A stretch of DNA of 64,000 nucleotides from an uncultured Deferribacteres bacterium (GTDB lineage Bacteria; Zhuqueibacterota; Zhuqueibacteria; Zhuqueibacterales; Geothermadaptataceae), in the NCBI GenBank assembly GCA_964014485.1, contig CAXHAT010000002.1, forward strand, positions 1 to 64,000. The letters run 5' to 3'. The notes below the pieces were generated by a model. It was given only the letters and a program-made list of their open reading frames with translations. It ran no database searches and was not told the DNA's origin. Positions 1 through 9,358 of this stretch are shown piece by piece. Both the position numbers and the translations under genes were made by a program. Each line of letters starts with the position of its first letter. Within the stretch, counting starts at the first letter, position 1.

Positions 1-1632
1 CATCTCGGCGCCATGCTTCCTGTCGCCGCCGGTTTTGGCTTGGCTTTTCAGCTAAAAAAGGAAAAACGCGTCGCACTCGCTTTTACAGGCGACGGTGCAA
101 CGAGCGAAGGCGATTTCCACGAGGCGCTCAATCTCGCCGCCGTTTGGCAACTGCCTGTTATTTTTCTGGTTGAAAACAATGGCTACGGTCTTTCCACGCC
201 AACGCGAGAACAGTTTGTGTGTGAGCGGCTGGCCGACAAAGGAATAGGCTACGGCGTTCCCGGGATTCAAATTGACGGCAACGATATTTTGGCTGTACAT
301 CGCGCCGTCAAAGAAGCCGGAATGCGGGCGAGAAACGGTGAAGGCCCGACGCTGATTGAAGCAATGACTTTTCGGATGCGCGGGCACGAGGAAGCTTCCG
401 GAACGAAGTACGTGCCGAAGTCTCTTTTCGAACTTTGGGAAAAGAAAGATCCTTTGCTACGCTACGAAAAGCACCTTGACGAGAACAAGATTCTGGGGCA
501 AGCTGAACGCGAAGAAATTGCCGACGAATTTAAAGCGCAAATTAATCAGGCTGTGGAAGAAGCGTTTGCAGCACCAAAACCGACGAGCACAGTAGAAAAG
601 GAGTTGTCGGACGTTTACGCTCCGGCCATTCATGTCGCTCGCAACGGCGAAGCCGGGAAATCGGAAAAGCGCTACATCGACGCTATCAGCGACGGCCTGC
701 GCCAGAAAATGCGCGAAGACGAATCCATTTTGATTATGGGGCAAGATATTGCCGAATACGGCGGCGTTTTCAAAATCACGCAAGGGTTTCAGGAGGAGTT
801 TGGCAAAAGCCGGGTTCGGAATACGCCGATTATCGAATCCGGCGCGATTGGCGCTGCACTTGGCTTGGCTTTGGAAGGTTTGAAAACCGTCGTTGAAATG
901 CAATTTGCCGACTTTGTGACTTGCGGCTTTAATCAAATTGTGAACAATCTCGCCAAGACGCACTATCGGTGGGGCGAACCGGTAAACGTGACAATCCGCT
1001 TGCCTTTTGGCGGCGATATTGGCGCCGGACCGTTTCATTCGCAGACTCCCGAAGCCTGGTTTTTTCATACGCCAGGCTTAAAGCTTGTCGCGCCTTCCAA
1101 TCCTTACGACGCCAAAGGTCTCACCATCGCGGCTTTGGAAGACCCGAATCCCGTCCTTGTTTTGGAACATAAGGCGCTCTATCGCAGCCAAAAAACGGCA
1201 ATTCCGAATAATCTCTACGCTGCGGAAATCGGCAAGGGCGCACTCAGGCGTGAGGGAGACCGCCTCACGATCATCTCGTATGGGCTGGCCGTTCATTGGG
1301 CTATGGAAGCGGCTGAAAAATTTTCCCGGGAAGGCATTGAAATCGAAGTGATCGATCTGCGCAGTTTGACGCCGTGGGATAAGGAACTGGTCTTGAATTC
1401 GGTGAAAAAGACGAGCCGGGCCGTCGTTTTGCATGAAGCAAATATGTCTGGAGGCATTGGCGGTGAAATCGTGTCTGTAATCGCCGATCAAGCGTTTTCG
1501 TGGCTCGACGCTCCCGTGAAGCGCATCGCCAGTCTGGATATGCCAATTCCGTTCAGCGAACAATTGGAAAAGACGATTTACCTGCCAAAAGAGCGGCTTG
1601 AGCCGACGATTCGCGACGTTCTGAGCTTTTAG
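1..1632 (+). CDS. 2-oxoacid dehydrogenase E1 component, fused alpha/beta subunits (probably branched-chain type); 5' end lies outside the window
   Basis: Frame is open from base 1. ThDP motif GDGATSEG...ENN and RMRGHEE, followed in the same ORF by E1-beta motifs GQDIAEYGGVFK, TPIIESG, EMQFADF and GPFHSQ. Confidence 0.9.
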   Translation, partial: HLGAMLPVAAGFGLAFQLKKEKRVALAFTGDGATSEGDFHEALNLAAVWQLPVIFLVENNGYGLSTPTREQFVCERLADKGIGYGVPGIQIDGNDILAVHRAVKEAGMRARNGEGPTLIEAMTFRMRGHEEASGTKYVPKSLFELWEKKDPLLRYEKHLDENKILGQAEREEIADEFKAQINQAVEEAFAAPKPTSTVEKELSDVYAPAIHVARNGEAGKSEKRYIDAISDGLRQKMREDESILIMGQDIAEYGGVFKITQGFQEEFGKSRVRNTPIIESGAIGAALGLALEGLKTVVEMQFADFVTCGFNQIVNNLAKTHYRWGEPVNVTIRLPFGGDIGAGPFHSQTPEAWFFHTPGLKLVAPSNPYDAKGLTIAALEDPNPVLVLEHKALYRSQKTAIPNNLYAAEIGKGALRREGDRLTIISYGLAVHWAMEAAEKFSREGIEIEVIDLRSLTPWDKELVLNSVKKTSRAVVLHEANMSGGIGGEIVSVIADQAFSWLDAPVKRIASLDMPIPFSEQLEKTIYLPKERLEPTIRDVLSF

Positions 1633-1726
1633 CGTCCGTCAATGTTCTTAACATCTGATGGCCGATACACACAAAACTTATTCGTTTTGTCGAAGAGTTT
1701 GATGCGCTTCCGCGATAAATCGGGCA

Positions 1727-1742
1727 TGGTACGCCTCTTGCC
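1727..1742 (+). promoter_or_regulatory. Putative sigma54 (-24/-12) promoter
   Basis: TGGTACGCCTCTTGCC: GG-N10-GC with a TGGYACG...TTGC match, about 50 bp upstream of the lipoprotein gene. Confidence 0.55.
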
Positions 1743-1791
1743 GTTACTCTGGTAATTTTCAGGTTTATCAAAAGAAATTTGGAGGCGATTG

Positions 1792-2160
1792 ATGAAAAGT
1801 GTGCTAATCGTATTCCTGGCGCTTTTTATTGGCGGGTGCGCCGGATCAGGCGGGGGGAGGTATGACGGCCACTCTCGCGGCGTTGCCTTTCTGACAATCA
1901 AAAACACGCTCAACAAAACCGCTCGAATTTACTGGCAAAGCCATAATGAGCGGCCGATCTATCTTGGCAGGGTTAAGGCAAAGCGGCGGAAGACGCTGAG
2001 AATCAAAGGCCCGTTCTTTGACGAAGGGTTTCGCATTATCGCGCGGCCAACCTTAGGAAGAGCCATAATCGCCAATGTGCCTGTTGGAATTGAGCATGGT
2101 GAAAAGGCCGTCTGGGTGCTTTCAAAAAACAATTTGAAATGGAAGAGAAGCGAACGATAA
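1792..2160 (+). CDS. Small basic lipoprotein of unknown function
   Basis: GGAGG RBS before ATG 1792; signal peptide MKSVLIVFLALFIGGC with lipobox Cys. Confidence 0.75.
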   Translation: MKSVLIVFLALFIGGCAGSGGGRYDGHSRGVAFLTIKNTLNKTARIYWQSHNERPIYLGRVKAKRRKTLRIKGPFFDEGFRIIARPTLGRAIIANVPVGIEHGEKAVWVLSKNNLKWKRSER

Positions 2161-2223
2161 ATAGTAAGAGGCGCCTGTAAAATCTTTGTCACCCCGCGAT
2201 TGCAAAGCCGCAGGCGCCGAAAC

Positions 2224-2667
2224 TTAGTCGCCTCGAACCCTTTGTCCAATCTGGCTGAAGAAATCAGCAATCGAGTCCCTGTCCATTTTGTTGCCCTCGA
2301 CAGAGTTGATCTTGCTGCTCAAGTCTTCCTTAAACTTTTCCACCAGCGACCTCAGATCGCCGTTTTCTTGTTCAAGATCCAACAAGTTCGTTTCCAGCTC
2401 ATCTCTGAGCTCTTTGTCAAGCGCAGACATTTTTGAATCTAACTCTACGAGCTTGGATTCTGTCTTGCTAATGAGTTCCTTAACGCCCTTTTCCATCTTC
2501 GAGATTCTGGTCTCCCAGGAAGAAATATATTCTCCCAACAGAATATCCCGAATTGTCCCAAGGCCGTTAGGCAACGCCTGGTCGACCGGCTTTGGCGCGG
2601 CTTCTTTCTTAGTCGACTTTGAAGCCGTCTTTGTTGTTTTCGAATTTGAATTCGCTTGTGTACTCAT
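2224..2667 (-). CDS. Coiled-coil hypothetical protein (IRDILxG motif)
   Basis: 147 aa ORF with a Lys/Thr-rich N-terminus, TIRDILLGE and a long heptad-like charged region. Confidence 0.7.
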   Translation of the reverse strand: MSTQANSNSKTTKTASKSTKKEAAPKPVDQALPNGLGTIRDILLGEYISSWETRISKMEKGVKELISKTESKLVELDSKMSALDKELRDELETNLLDLEQENGDLRSLVEKFKEDLSSKINSVEGNKMDRDSIADFFSQIGQRVRGD

Positions 2668-2912
2668 TCATTATCCCCGAGCTGAGGTGATTTTCATGTT
2701 TACTGCGATCTCTATAATTCCTGGGATAGTGACATATGATAAGTCTGGCGGGAGGGCGGAGCTAAAAATGGGTTGGCAAAATGCTTTGTCCCAATAAGTT
2801 AAGCGTTAAGTCTACGCATCCCTGCCGACTTAGCTGAGTATCACTAACTTTAGGTTTGCGTTAGAATGTTACGCACAAATTCGGAAGACGCAGAAAAATA
2901 AGTTTTCTTCTG

Positions 2913-3683
2913 CTAAAGCTCGTTTAGCCTTAAAAGTAATTCTTGAGCAAGCGTTTTGAATTCCCCGGGGAGTTGTTCCGCGCTGCGTAATGCGCTTTCC
3001 GCCCCTTGGCGGTTTCCGGCCAAAAGATGGCCCTGAGCAATAAACCAAAACGCTCGTTGTCGCAATGCAGGCGAAGGCGATTTTAGTGCGCTGTGCAAAT
3101 GCGTCATTGCACTGTCGGTCTTTTGGAGATGCAGGTAGGTCAGGCCAATCAGTCGTTCAGCAAAGACAATGTATTCAAGCTTTTCCAGCGAAGCGGAAGT
3201 TTTGTTCAAAACAAGCAGCGCGTCGTTATGGCGTTCCGTTTGATGAAAATTGAGGGCGTTTTGCAGCGCTCCGGAGCTGTCCGTCACGCCTGGGTCTAAC
3301 CTTCTTTCCAGTTCAAGCTCTGCAAGTTGTTGCAATTGAAATTGAGGGTCTTGAGATTTCCAGATAAGCGGGCCTGCCGTAAACGCAAAAAGAACGCCGG
3401 CGATAATCAAGACCAGCTTCCAGTTCATGTTTTTAAATAGACTGCGACGTTTGTGAAAATTAGAGATTTCGTCGATCTGTTCCTGTTTCCATCCGGCCTT
3501 TCTCGCCGCTTTGGTCAATCGCGACAGGATTTTTTGCTGTTCTTTGAGAACGGCCGAACAATCCGGACATTCCTTGAGATGAGACTCCATCTCCTTTTGC
3601 GCTTTTCGCCCCATGCCTCCCAAGAGATATTTCTCCACAAGTTCCGCGCGATCCGTGTTCTCACAGTCGATTTTTGCTGACAT
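2913..3683 (-). CDS. zf-HC2 (ZAS anti-sigma-like) membrane protein with C-terminal TPR-like helices
   Basis: HxxxCxxC (HLKECPDC), one TM helix (LVLIIAGVLFAFTAGPLIW), TPR-like repeats. Confidence 0.75.
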   Translation of the reverse strand: MSAKIDCENTDRAELVEKYLLGGMGRKAQKEMESHLKECPDCSAVLKEQQKILSRLTKAARKAGWKQEQIDEISNFHKRRSLFKNMNWKLVLIIAGVLFAFTAGPLIWKSQDPQFQLQQLAELELERRLDPGVTDSSGALQNALNFHQTERHNDALLVLNKTSASLEKLEYIVFAERLIGLTYLHLQKTDSAMTHLHSALKSPSPALRQRAFWFIAQGHLLAGNRQGAESALRSAEQLPGEFKTLAQELLLRLNEL

Positions 3684-3884
3684 AGGCGATTGATTGAAAA
3701 GAAATCAATAAAATTAATAATTACCGTCGAATTGTAAAATCATTAAGTTCGCAGGACATTTTGGCTTTTGCTTTTGCGCATTCTCGATAATTCGAGCTTA
3801 ACATATTATCATGTTGCGGTCGCCAACCGCAAGAAGTTTTAGAGTCGAATCAGTACCATCGAATTATCGTAGAAGGAGGTAATT

Positions 3885-4139
3885 TTGGCTTTGGAGGAGC
3901 GCGAAATCGGTACCGTCAAATGGTTCAACAATGCAAAAGGCTATGGCTTTATCTTTCGCGAACAAGGCGGTGAAATATTTGTTCATTACAGTGCAATTAA
4001 CGGCTCGGGATATCGTTCTTTAAAAGAAGGACAACGCGTAGAATATACGGTTCTCCGAGGAGACAAGGGGCTGCAAGCCCAAGGCGTTGAAGAGTTGCCT
4101 GAAGGCGTTGTTGCAAACACCAACGGTGCGGAATTGTGA
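3885..4139 (+). CDS. Cold-shock domain protein (CspA family)
   Basis: GTVKWFN, RNP1 KGYGFI, RNP2 IFVHY; AGGAGGT RBS before a TTG start. Confidence 0.95.
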   Translation: MALEEREIGTVKWFNNAKGYGFIFREQGGEIFVHYSAINGSGYRSLKEGQRVEYTVLRGDKGLQAQGVEELPEGVVANTNGAEL

Positions 4140-4166
4140 TTTCGGAAGCGCCATGCTTGTCGAAGC

Positions 4167-4183
4167 GATGATGATGATGATGA
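4167..4183. repeat. (GAT)5 trinucleotide microsatellite
   Basis: gatgatgatgatgatga between the convergent csp and ArsR genes. Confidence 0.8.
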
Positions 4184-4234
4184 AACACTTTTTGTCACGC
4201 ATCGACAGGATGGCGTTTACCGTAAAATGGAAAC

Positions 4235-4615
4235 TCACTTGCCAAGCAGTTTAATAACGAACTTGTCAAGAAATTGAATGTTCTTGCCTTTCTCGAGATA
4301 CGTAAAAAATTGCAATCCCATCTCGCGCCAAAGCGGTTTGTTTATTTCGTAGTAGATATTCTTGCCGTCTCGGCTTGTGATAACCAGGTCAGCGTTTCTG
4401 AGGAGCGATAAATGATGGCTCAAGCTCGTTTGGCTGACGCCCAGCGCGTGGCACATTTCGCTAACGTAGGCCCTTCCTTCTTTTGCTAAATACAGCATGA
4501 TGCGCAACCGCGACTCATCGGAAAGCAGCTTCAAGATTTTTGAAGACCTTTTGATATAAGTTTCTGGAAAGAATTCTGTTTTCGTCGCTTCTGAGCGAAC
4601 CGTCTTTTTGATCAA
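4235..4615 (-). CDS. ArsR/SmtB family transcriptional regulator
   Basis: KLLSDESRLRIM, SQTSLSHHLSLLR, LVITSRDGKNIYYEI winged-HTH pattern. Confidence 0.9.
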   Translation of the reverse strand: MIKKTVRSEATKTEFFPETYIKRSSKILKLLSDESRLRIMLYLAKEGRAYVSEMCHALGVSQTSLSHHLSLLRNADLVITSRDGKNIYYEINKPLWREMGLQFFTYLEKGKNIQFLDKFVIKLLGK

Positions 4616-4646
4616 ACTGCTTTCAAATCCCGCTTTTCAGTTCATT

Positions 4647-5873
4647 TCAATTTTCTAAAACTGCGCTGCAGTAGCTGACGTGCGAAACGCCGTCGTCCAT
4701 TTTGCCCTGTTCATACTTCAAAATTTCGCCGCGACCGGCGTTGCAGACTTGCAACATCGTATAGACCGGAGAAAAACCGCAAATTCGATATCGGTCTTTT
4801 GTTTCCGCATTTGTCTTCAACCAACCTTCAGCATCAACCTGTGAAATATGCTCGAGCGCCGCGCGATCATGTCGTTCTACCTCAGCCAGAAAGTTATGAT
4901 CGATCGTGTGTTGATCCCCGTAGCGCGGACCCACATGCGAAAGATCGACGCTCGCTACCAAGGTGACTGTGCCTTCATAATCGCGAATCGTTTTCTGCAA
5001 CGCTTCGGCAAATGCTGCGATTAGCTCTTTTTCACGACTGAATTCGGAGAACGTTAAGGCCTGGAAACTAAACGAGCATAAGATGGGAACGATTTTGACC
5101 TTCCTTTGAGGAAAGGCGTGACGCAGAAAGACGGTTTGAAATTCGATTGTATGCTCCGTTCCATGGAGGAAGGCGTCGTTAAACAATTCGAAGTCGTAGT
5201 TTTTTTGCAGATTCGCGATGAATTTTTTATCAACGGGCGTCACGCCAAGGGGCGTTTCAAAATCTACCGGCAGAACTGAGAAAACGTCTTTTAAGCCCGC
5301 GTGTCCCGTCCCTAGAATAACGTAAACGTCCGCAGGTTCGGATTCCGCGATTCTCCGCCAGGCGTGCGTATAAGCTGCGCCGCCAATACGAAGATCGATA
5401 TGCGGCGCGACGACCGCAGCGGGCGTCGAAAGCTTTTTCTTACTATCATCAGGCTTCCCCGCACCATTTTGGGCGTTGAAAAAGCTGTTAAGTCGCTTGT
5501 GCAAATCATCTCGATTGTCTGGATAGCTGACGCCGGCGTGGCGCGCTTCTCGGACTTCGGCATTCAACAGCGCTTCTTCCAAAGAGCTCTTCTTCCTCTG
5601 AAAGCTTTGATTATCTAAAAAGAATAACTCGTCCAGGCGACTGACCAGTTCTTGAATCATTCGCTTTTCAACTTGCGCCTGCCCTGCGATATATGCGGAT
5701 GACGTCAATTCTTCAATGTTGCGACAACCATCCATAAATTGCATCACAAACAACGCCGTCCTGCTGACGACGATCATTTCATCGGCTATTCCCAGCGGAT
5801 CGCGCAGTGCGAACATTTCGCCTTGATCAGTATCGACCGGGATGACGTCAACGTACCGTAATTTAGGCTTCAA
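4647..5873 (-). CDS. MEMO1 family protein (AmmeMemoRadiSam protein B), long form with N-terminal extension
   Basis: RHAGVSYP, VAPHID, LGTGH, EHTIEFQ, ASVDLSHVG and ICG motifs. Confidence 0.9.
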   Translation of the reverse strand: MKPKLRYVDVIPVDTDQGEMFALRDPLGIADEMIVVSRTALFVMQFMDGCRNIEELTSSAYIAGQAQVEKRMIQELVSRLDELFFLDNQSFQRKKSSLEEALLNAEVREARHAGVSYPDNRDDLHKRLNSFFNAQNGAGKPDDSKKKLSTPAAVVAPHIDLRIGGAAYTHAWRRIAESEPADVYVILGTGHAGLKDVFSVLPVDFETPLGVTPVDKKFIANLQKNYDFELFNDAFLHGTEHTIEFQTVFLRHAFPQRKVKIVPILCSFSFQALTFSEFSREKELIAAFAEALQKTIRDYEGTVTLVASVDLSHVGPRYGDQHTIDHNFLAEVERHDRAALEHISQVDAEGWLKTNAETKDRYRICGFSPVYTMLQVCNAGRGEILKYEQGKMDDGVSHVSYCSAVLEN

Positions 5874-5911
5874 GGTTGGCTCGTCTTCCTAAAATTCGTG
5901 AGTCATTTTCA

Positions 5912-6952
5912 TTACCTGTCAATAACGGATAGCGGAGCTGGTTCCTTGGCCGAATGGATTGTCAATTGCGCCTCGCCCTCCAGGATTTTGCGGCGAATTC
6001 TGGCGATCCCCTGATATTCTCCGGCTTGTCCTGGAATTTCACAAAGGGAGGTCAACTCGCCAACTTCCTTGCCGTTTGCAAAAACGGCAACGGGCAAAGT
6101 CTGTTCAAATCCTGATTTCAAGCGGCAGCGAACACGTGAATAAATGAATTTGATTTTATCATAAGTGTCTAATCGTGCAATCACTTCCTGGCCGGTGTAG
6201 CATCCTTTCGTGTAGCTGATGTACTTGCTTAATCCGGCTTCGTAGGGATTCACTTCGTTCGTTATTTCAGAGCCGTGAGCCGGAACGCCTTGCTCCACGC
6301 GAAGAGCTTGATACGCCGTGCTTCCCGCCGGACGGCAGTTTTCGCTTTCAACCAAGTAACGAAAAACATGATGCGATTTGTCCCGAGGGGCTTTCAAAAG
6401 AACACCCTCGGGCAACAAGCCTTCAACTCCGGATTGTGTGATCGGAACGCCGTCCATCTCGACTTGAGAAACAAGGAACTTTTGTGCCTTGTTTGCAAGC
6501 AATGACGGCATTGCTGCACCGCACAGCAAAAAGTAGTCGTAATCATTGTCAGCTTTTTGACATTGCACATCTTCGATAAACACAAACCGATCTATCCATT
6601 CGAGTAAAACGTTTCCCTTGCCTGCGCCCGTGATAAGCTCAATATCGTCTTGCCCCAGCACTTGGAAAAACGCGTCGACAACTTTCCCCTTCGCGTCGGG
6701 CAAGGCGTTGACGATCATTTCACCCGGCTTCATGTTCCGCATTTCGTTCATCGTGATTCTGTGCAGCAGAGAAGAAGCGTCTTTCCCGGCGACTTTGACG
6801 GTTTCCCAGCCGGTTAAATGAAACAGCGCACAAGATGTTTTCGCCGCCGTATACTCCTGAGTCGGGTCACCGTAGGACGCGATGCGAAGCGAATTAATGC
6901 GCTCGGAAAAAATCGCGCCATAACTTTTCTGCAATAGTTCAAGTTCAGTCAT
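5912..6952 (-). CDS. ygfZ: YgfZ/GcvT family folate-binding protein
   Basis: KGCYTGQEVIAR signature; GcvT-like N-terminus; start assigned to ATG 6952. Confidence 0.85.
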   Translation of the reverse strand: MTELELLQKSYGAIFSERINSLRIASYGDPTQEYTAAKTSCALFHLTGWETVKVAGKDASSLLHRITMNEMRNMKPGEMIVNALPDAKGKVVDAFFQVLGQDDIELITGAGKGNVLLEWIDRFVFIEDVQCQKADNDYDYFLLCGAAMPSLLANKAQKFLVSQVEMDGVPITQSGVEGLLPEGVLLKAPRDKSHHVFRYLVESENCRPAGSTAYQALRVEQGVPAHGSEITNEVNPYEAGLSKYISYTKGCYTGQEVIARLDTYDKIKFIYSRVRCRLKSGFEQTLPVAVFANGKEVGELTSLCEIPGQAGEYQGIARIRRKILEGEAQLTIHSAKEPAPLSVIDR

Positions 6953-7303
6953 GTAGATCAGGCCTGCAACCAATTTACTTATAATTTATTCTTGTAAAGA
7001 GCACGTTTGTGTAGAATCTTTTTTAATGAACAGTGTTTGAGCTAAAGTCTGTTTGTTCTGAGACAGGCCACCTGCATGTGATCGGTTTGCCGCCAGACGC
7101 ATCAGATTTTGTACTCATTTTCTAAAATACACCAAAAGCGTCGCTCTTGACAGCGGGTAAGCTCAAGAAAAGAGAATTAGTTTCTCTAATGTTTTGGTAT
7201 TAATTTAACTTGTTTTTACATGGAAACGTCGTATATTATATCAATTCGCAGGTCATAAAACAATTTAATTAATTTTATCAACCCGATCAAATCGCTTAAA
7301 ACT

Positions 7304-8215
7304 ATGCAGATACGAACACTGAAGACCTTTTGCGACGTAGTCGAACTCCATTCTTTTTCCGAAGCGGCGAAAATTAACCATCTCACACAATCCGCCGTCA
7401 GTCAGCAGATCAGCCACATTGAAAACGAATACGGCGTCCGGATGATTGAGCGTGCACAACGGAACTTGACGCTGACGCCGGCCGGGCAAGTTTTTTATGA
7501 CGCCTGCAAAGAAATTCTGCAGAAGCTCGATGATGTTCGAATTTCAATCAATGAAATCTCGAACATCGTTGCAGGTACGATTAAATTGGAAAGCATTTAC
7601 ACAATCGGTCTGCATGACTTGCCTCGATTTGTTCAGCATTTTATGTCTCTCTATCAAGACGTTCAACTGCACCTGAGCTATCGCCATGCGGCGGAAATTT
7701 ATCATGACGTTTTGAGCAATATGGCGCATCTTGGCGTCGTGGCTCATCCTCAAAAAAACCGACAATTGGACGTGCATCCGTGCTGGAATGAGAAGCTGGT
7801 GGTGATCGCCAAGCCGGACAATGAGTTTTCGCTTCAATCGCCTTGCCCGATCAACGCTTTGGAAGATGTTCCATACGTCGCCTTCGAGAGAAATATCCCG
7901 ACCAGAAAGATTATCGATCGCGTCTTTCGCAAAAATCACGTTCAACCCAAGATTGTCATGACGCTGGACAACATCGAAACCATCAAGCGTGTTGTTGAAA
8001 ACGGCACGGGCGTTTCGATTGTACCGGAAAATTCCATTCGTGAAGAACTTCACGCCGGAAAATTGACTTTCTTTGAAGTTGACAGCATCAAAATGGTGCG
8101 CGAAATTGCCATTATCAGTAAGAAAGGCCGCGTGCTCTCTAACGCTGAGAAAAAATTCATTGAATTGATGCGCAGCGGTTTATACGCTCCCGGCGGCGTT
8201 GTTTCCGGCGACTAG
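7304..8215 (+). CDS. LysR family transcriptional regulator
   Basis: SFSEAAKINHLTQSAVSQQI HTH, LTPAG, substrate-binding domain, 303 aa. Confidence 0.95.
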   Translation: MQIRTLKTFCDVVELHSFSEAAKINHLTQSAVSQQISHIENEYGVRMIERAQRNLTLTPAGQVFYDACKEILQKLDDVRISINEISNIVAGTIKLESIYTIGLHDLPRFVQHFMSLYQDVQLHLSYRHAAEIYHDVLSNMAHLGVVAHPQKNRQLDVHPCWNEKLVVIAKPDNEFSLQSPCPINALEDVPYVAFERNIPTRKIIDRVFRKNHVQPKIVMTLDNIETIKRVVENGTGVSIVPENSIREELHAGKLTFFEVDSIKMVREIAIISKKGRVLSNAEKKFIELMRSGLYAPGGVVSGD

Positions 8216-8241
8216 TTTTTTTGAGTTGAGGAGAAAGGAAG

Positions 8242-8267
8242 GGCCGTCCATATGGGCGGCCTTTTTT
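8242..8267 (+). terminator. Rho-independent terminator after the LysR gene
   Basis: ggccgtcca-ta-tgggcggcc hairpin followed by tttttt. Confidence 0.75.
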
Positions 8268-8296
8268 ATTTGTCATTGCAGCCAGGTGAAAAGTGT

Positions 8297-9244
8297 ATGG
8301 CATTATACACCAGCTTGCGTCGGCGAGACGTCGATGAAATCGCACGCATCTACGGTCTCGACCTTACGGGGTTTGAGCATATGCCGGGCGGAGCAAGCAA
8401 CACCAGCTACATTCTCAAAACGCAGTCGGCGAAGTTTGTTTTGACCGTTTTCGATAACAAGCCATTAGCGCTTGTCCGGAAAATGGCGCGAATCCTGAGA
8501 CTGCTTTCGCAAAATCAAATTCCGTCCACTTCTGTTATTTCCTCCCAAAGCGGCGAAGAAATAGTCGTATTCAAGAACCAGCCGATAATGTTAAAAACGT
8601 ATGCCCGCGGCGGCGCCTTTCGCGATTTGAACGCTGAACGACTCAGGCAAGCCGGAGCAGCATTAGCTGAGCTTCACGCCATTCCAGCGCCAGATTTTTT
8701 GGATCAAAACCATTATTATAATTTGGAGACGATTCCTTTCGTTCTGGAAAATGTTTCTCATGAAGAATTTCAGATGTGGCTGCGGGGTGCGATCAAGAAT
8801 TATGAAAAAAAGACTGGCGGAACCTTGCCGAAAGGCTTCATTCACGGCGACTTATTTTATGACAATATTCTTTTCGACGACAATCGTCTGAGCGCGATTA
8901 TCGATTTTGAAGACGCTTGCAATTATTACAAGATTTTTGACATAGGAATGGCCGGAGTCGGGTTATGTTCGTCTGAAGATGGATTTTCAATTGAAAAGCT
9001 TGGCGCAATGGTCGGCGGTTATCAAAAGAAGAGAGAGCTGGAGGTCGTGGAAAAGGCGGCGCTAAAAGCTTGCGTCGCATATGCTGCGGCAGCAACGGCG
9101 TCGTGGCGATTTTGGAAATACCGCATTGATGCTCCGTCACCGGAAAAAAGAGACGCATATTTGAAAATGGTCGCATTGGCCGATGCGGTTCAGGCAATCC
9201 CGGAAACGCATTTTCAAGAGCAGGTCTTCAATCAACGGAATTGA
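8297..9244 (+). CDS. thrB: Homoserine kinase type II / APH-family phosphotransferase
   Basis: MALYT N-terminus, GGASNTSY, IHGDLFYDN, IIDFEDA. Confidence 0.75.
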   Translation: MALYTSLRRRDVDEIARIYGLDLTGFEHMPGGASNTSYILKTQSAKFVLTVFDNKPLALVRKMARILRLLSQNQIPSTSVISSQSGEEIVVFKNQPIMLKTYARGGAFRDLNAERLRQAGAALAELHAIPAPDFLDQNHYYNLETIPFVLENVSHEEFQMWLRGAIKNYEKKTGGTLPKGFIHGDLFYDNILFDDNRLSAIIDFEDACNYYKIFDIGMAGVGLCSSEDGFSIEKLGAMVGGYQKKRELEVVEKAALKACVAYAAAATASWRFWKYRIDAPSPEKRDAYLKMVALADAVQAIPETHFQEQVFNQRN

Positions 9245-9263
9245 TCCGAGAGCGATTAAGTTT

Positions 9264-9352
9264 AAGTGATGTTTCGCACGTCAACGCATCGTTTGTTGCT
9301 CAAGCGTAAACATCGTTTCATTAGCGCCGAGCTTGAGCCCGGTGACGCGCAA
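9264..9352 (+). repeat. Truncated copy of family-A REP-containing element (left third)
   Basis: aagtgatgtttcgcacg...ttcattagcgccgagcttgagcccggtgac matches the left part of 11894-12138. Confidence 0.8.
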
Positions 9353-9358
9353 TGCGTG

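Noticed and set aside
2866..2875. atgttacgca (and gatgttacgc near 14325) resembling the family-A end
   Set aside because: Only about 10 nt of match with no clear partner end or interior; could be chance or a decayed relic.
3997..4188. MFHHHHHRF ORF as a his attenuator leader
   Set aside because: No histidine biosynthesis or transport gene follows, and the ORF runs antisense through the cold-shock gene.
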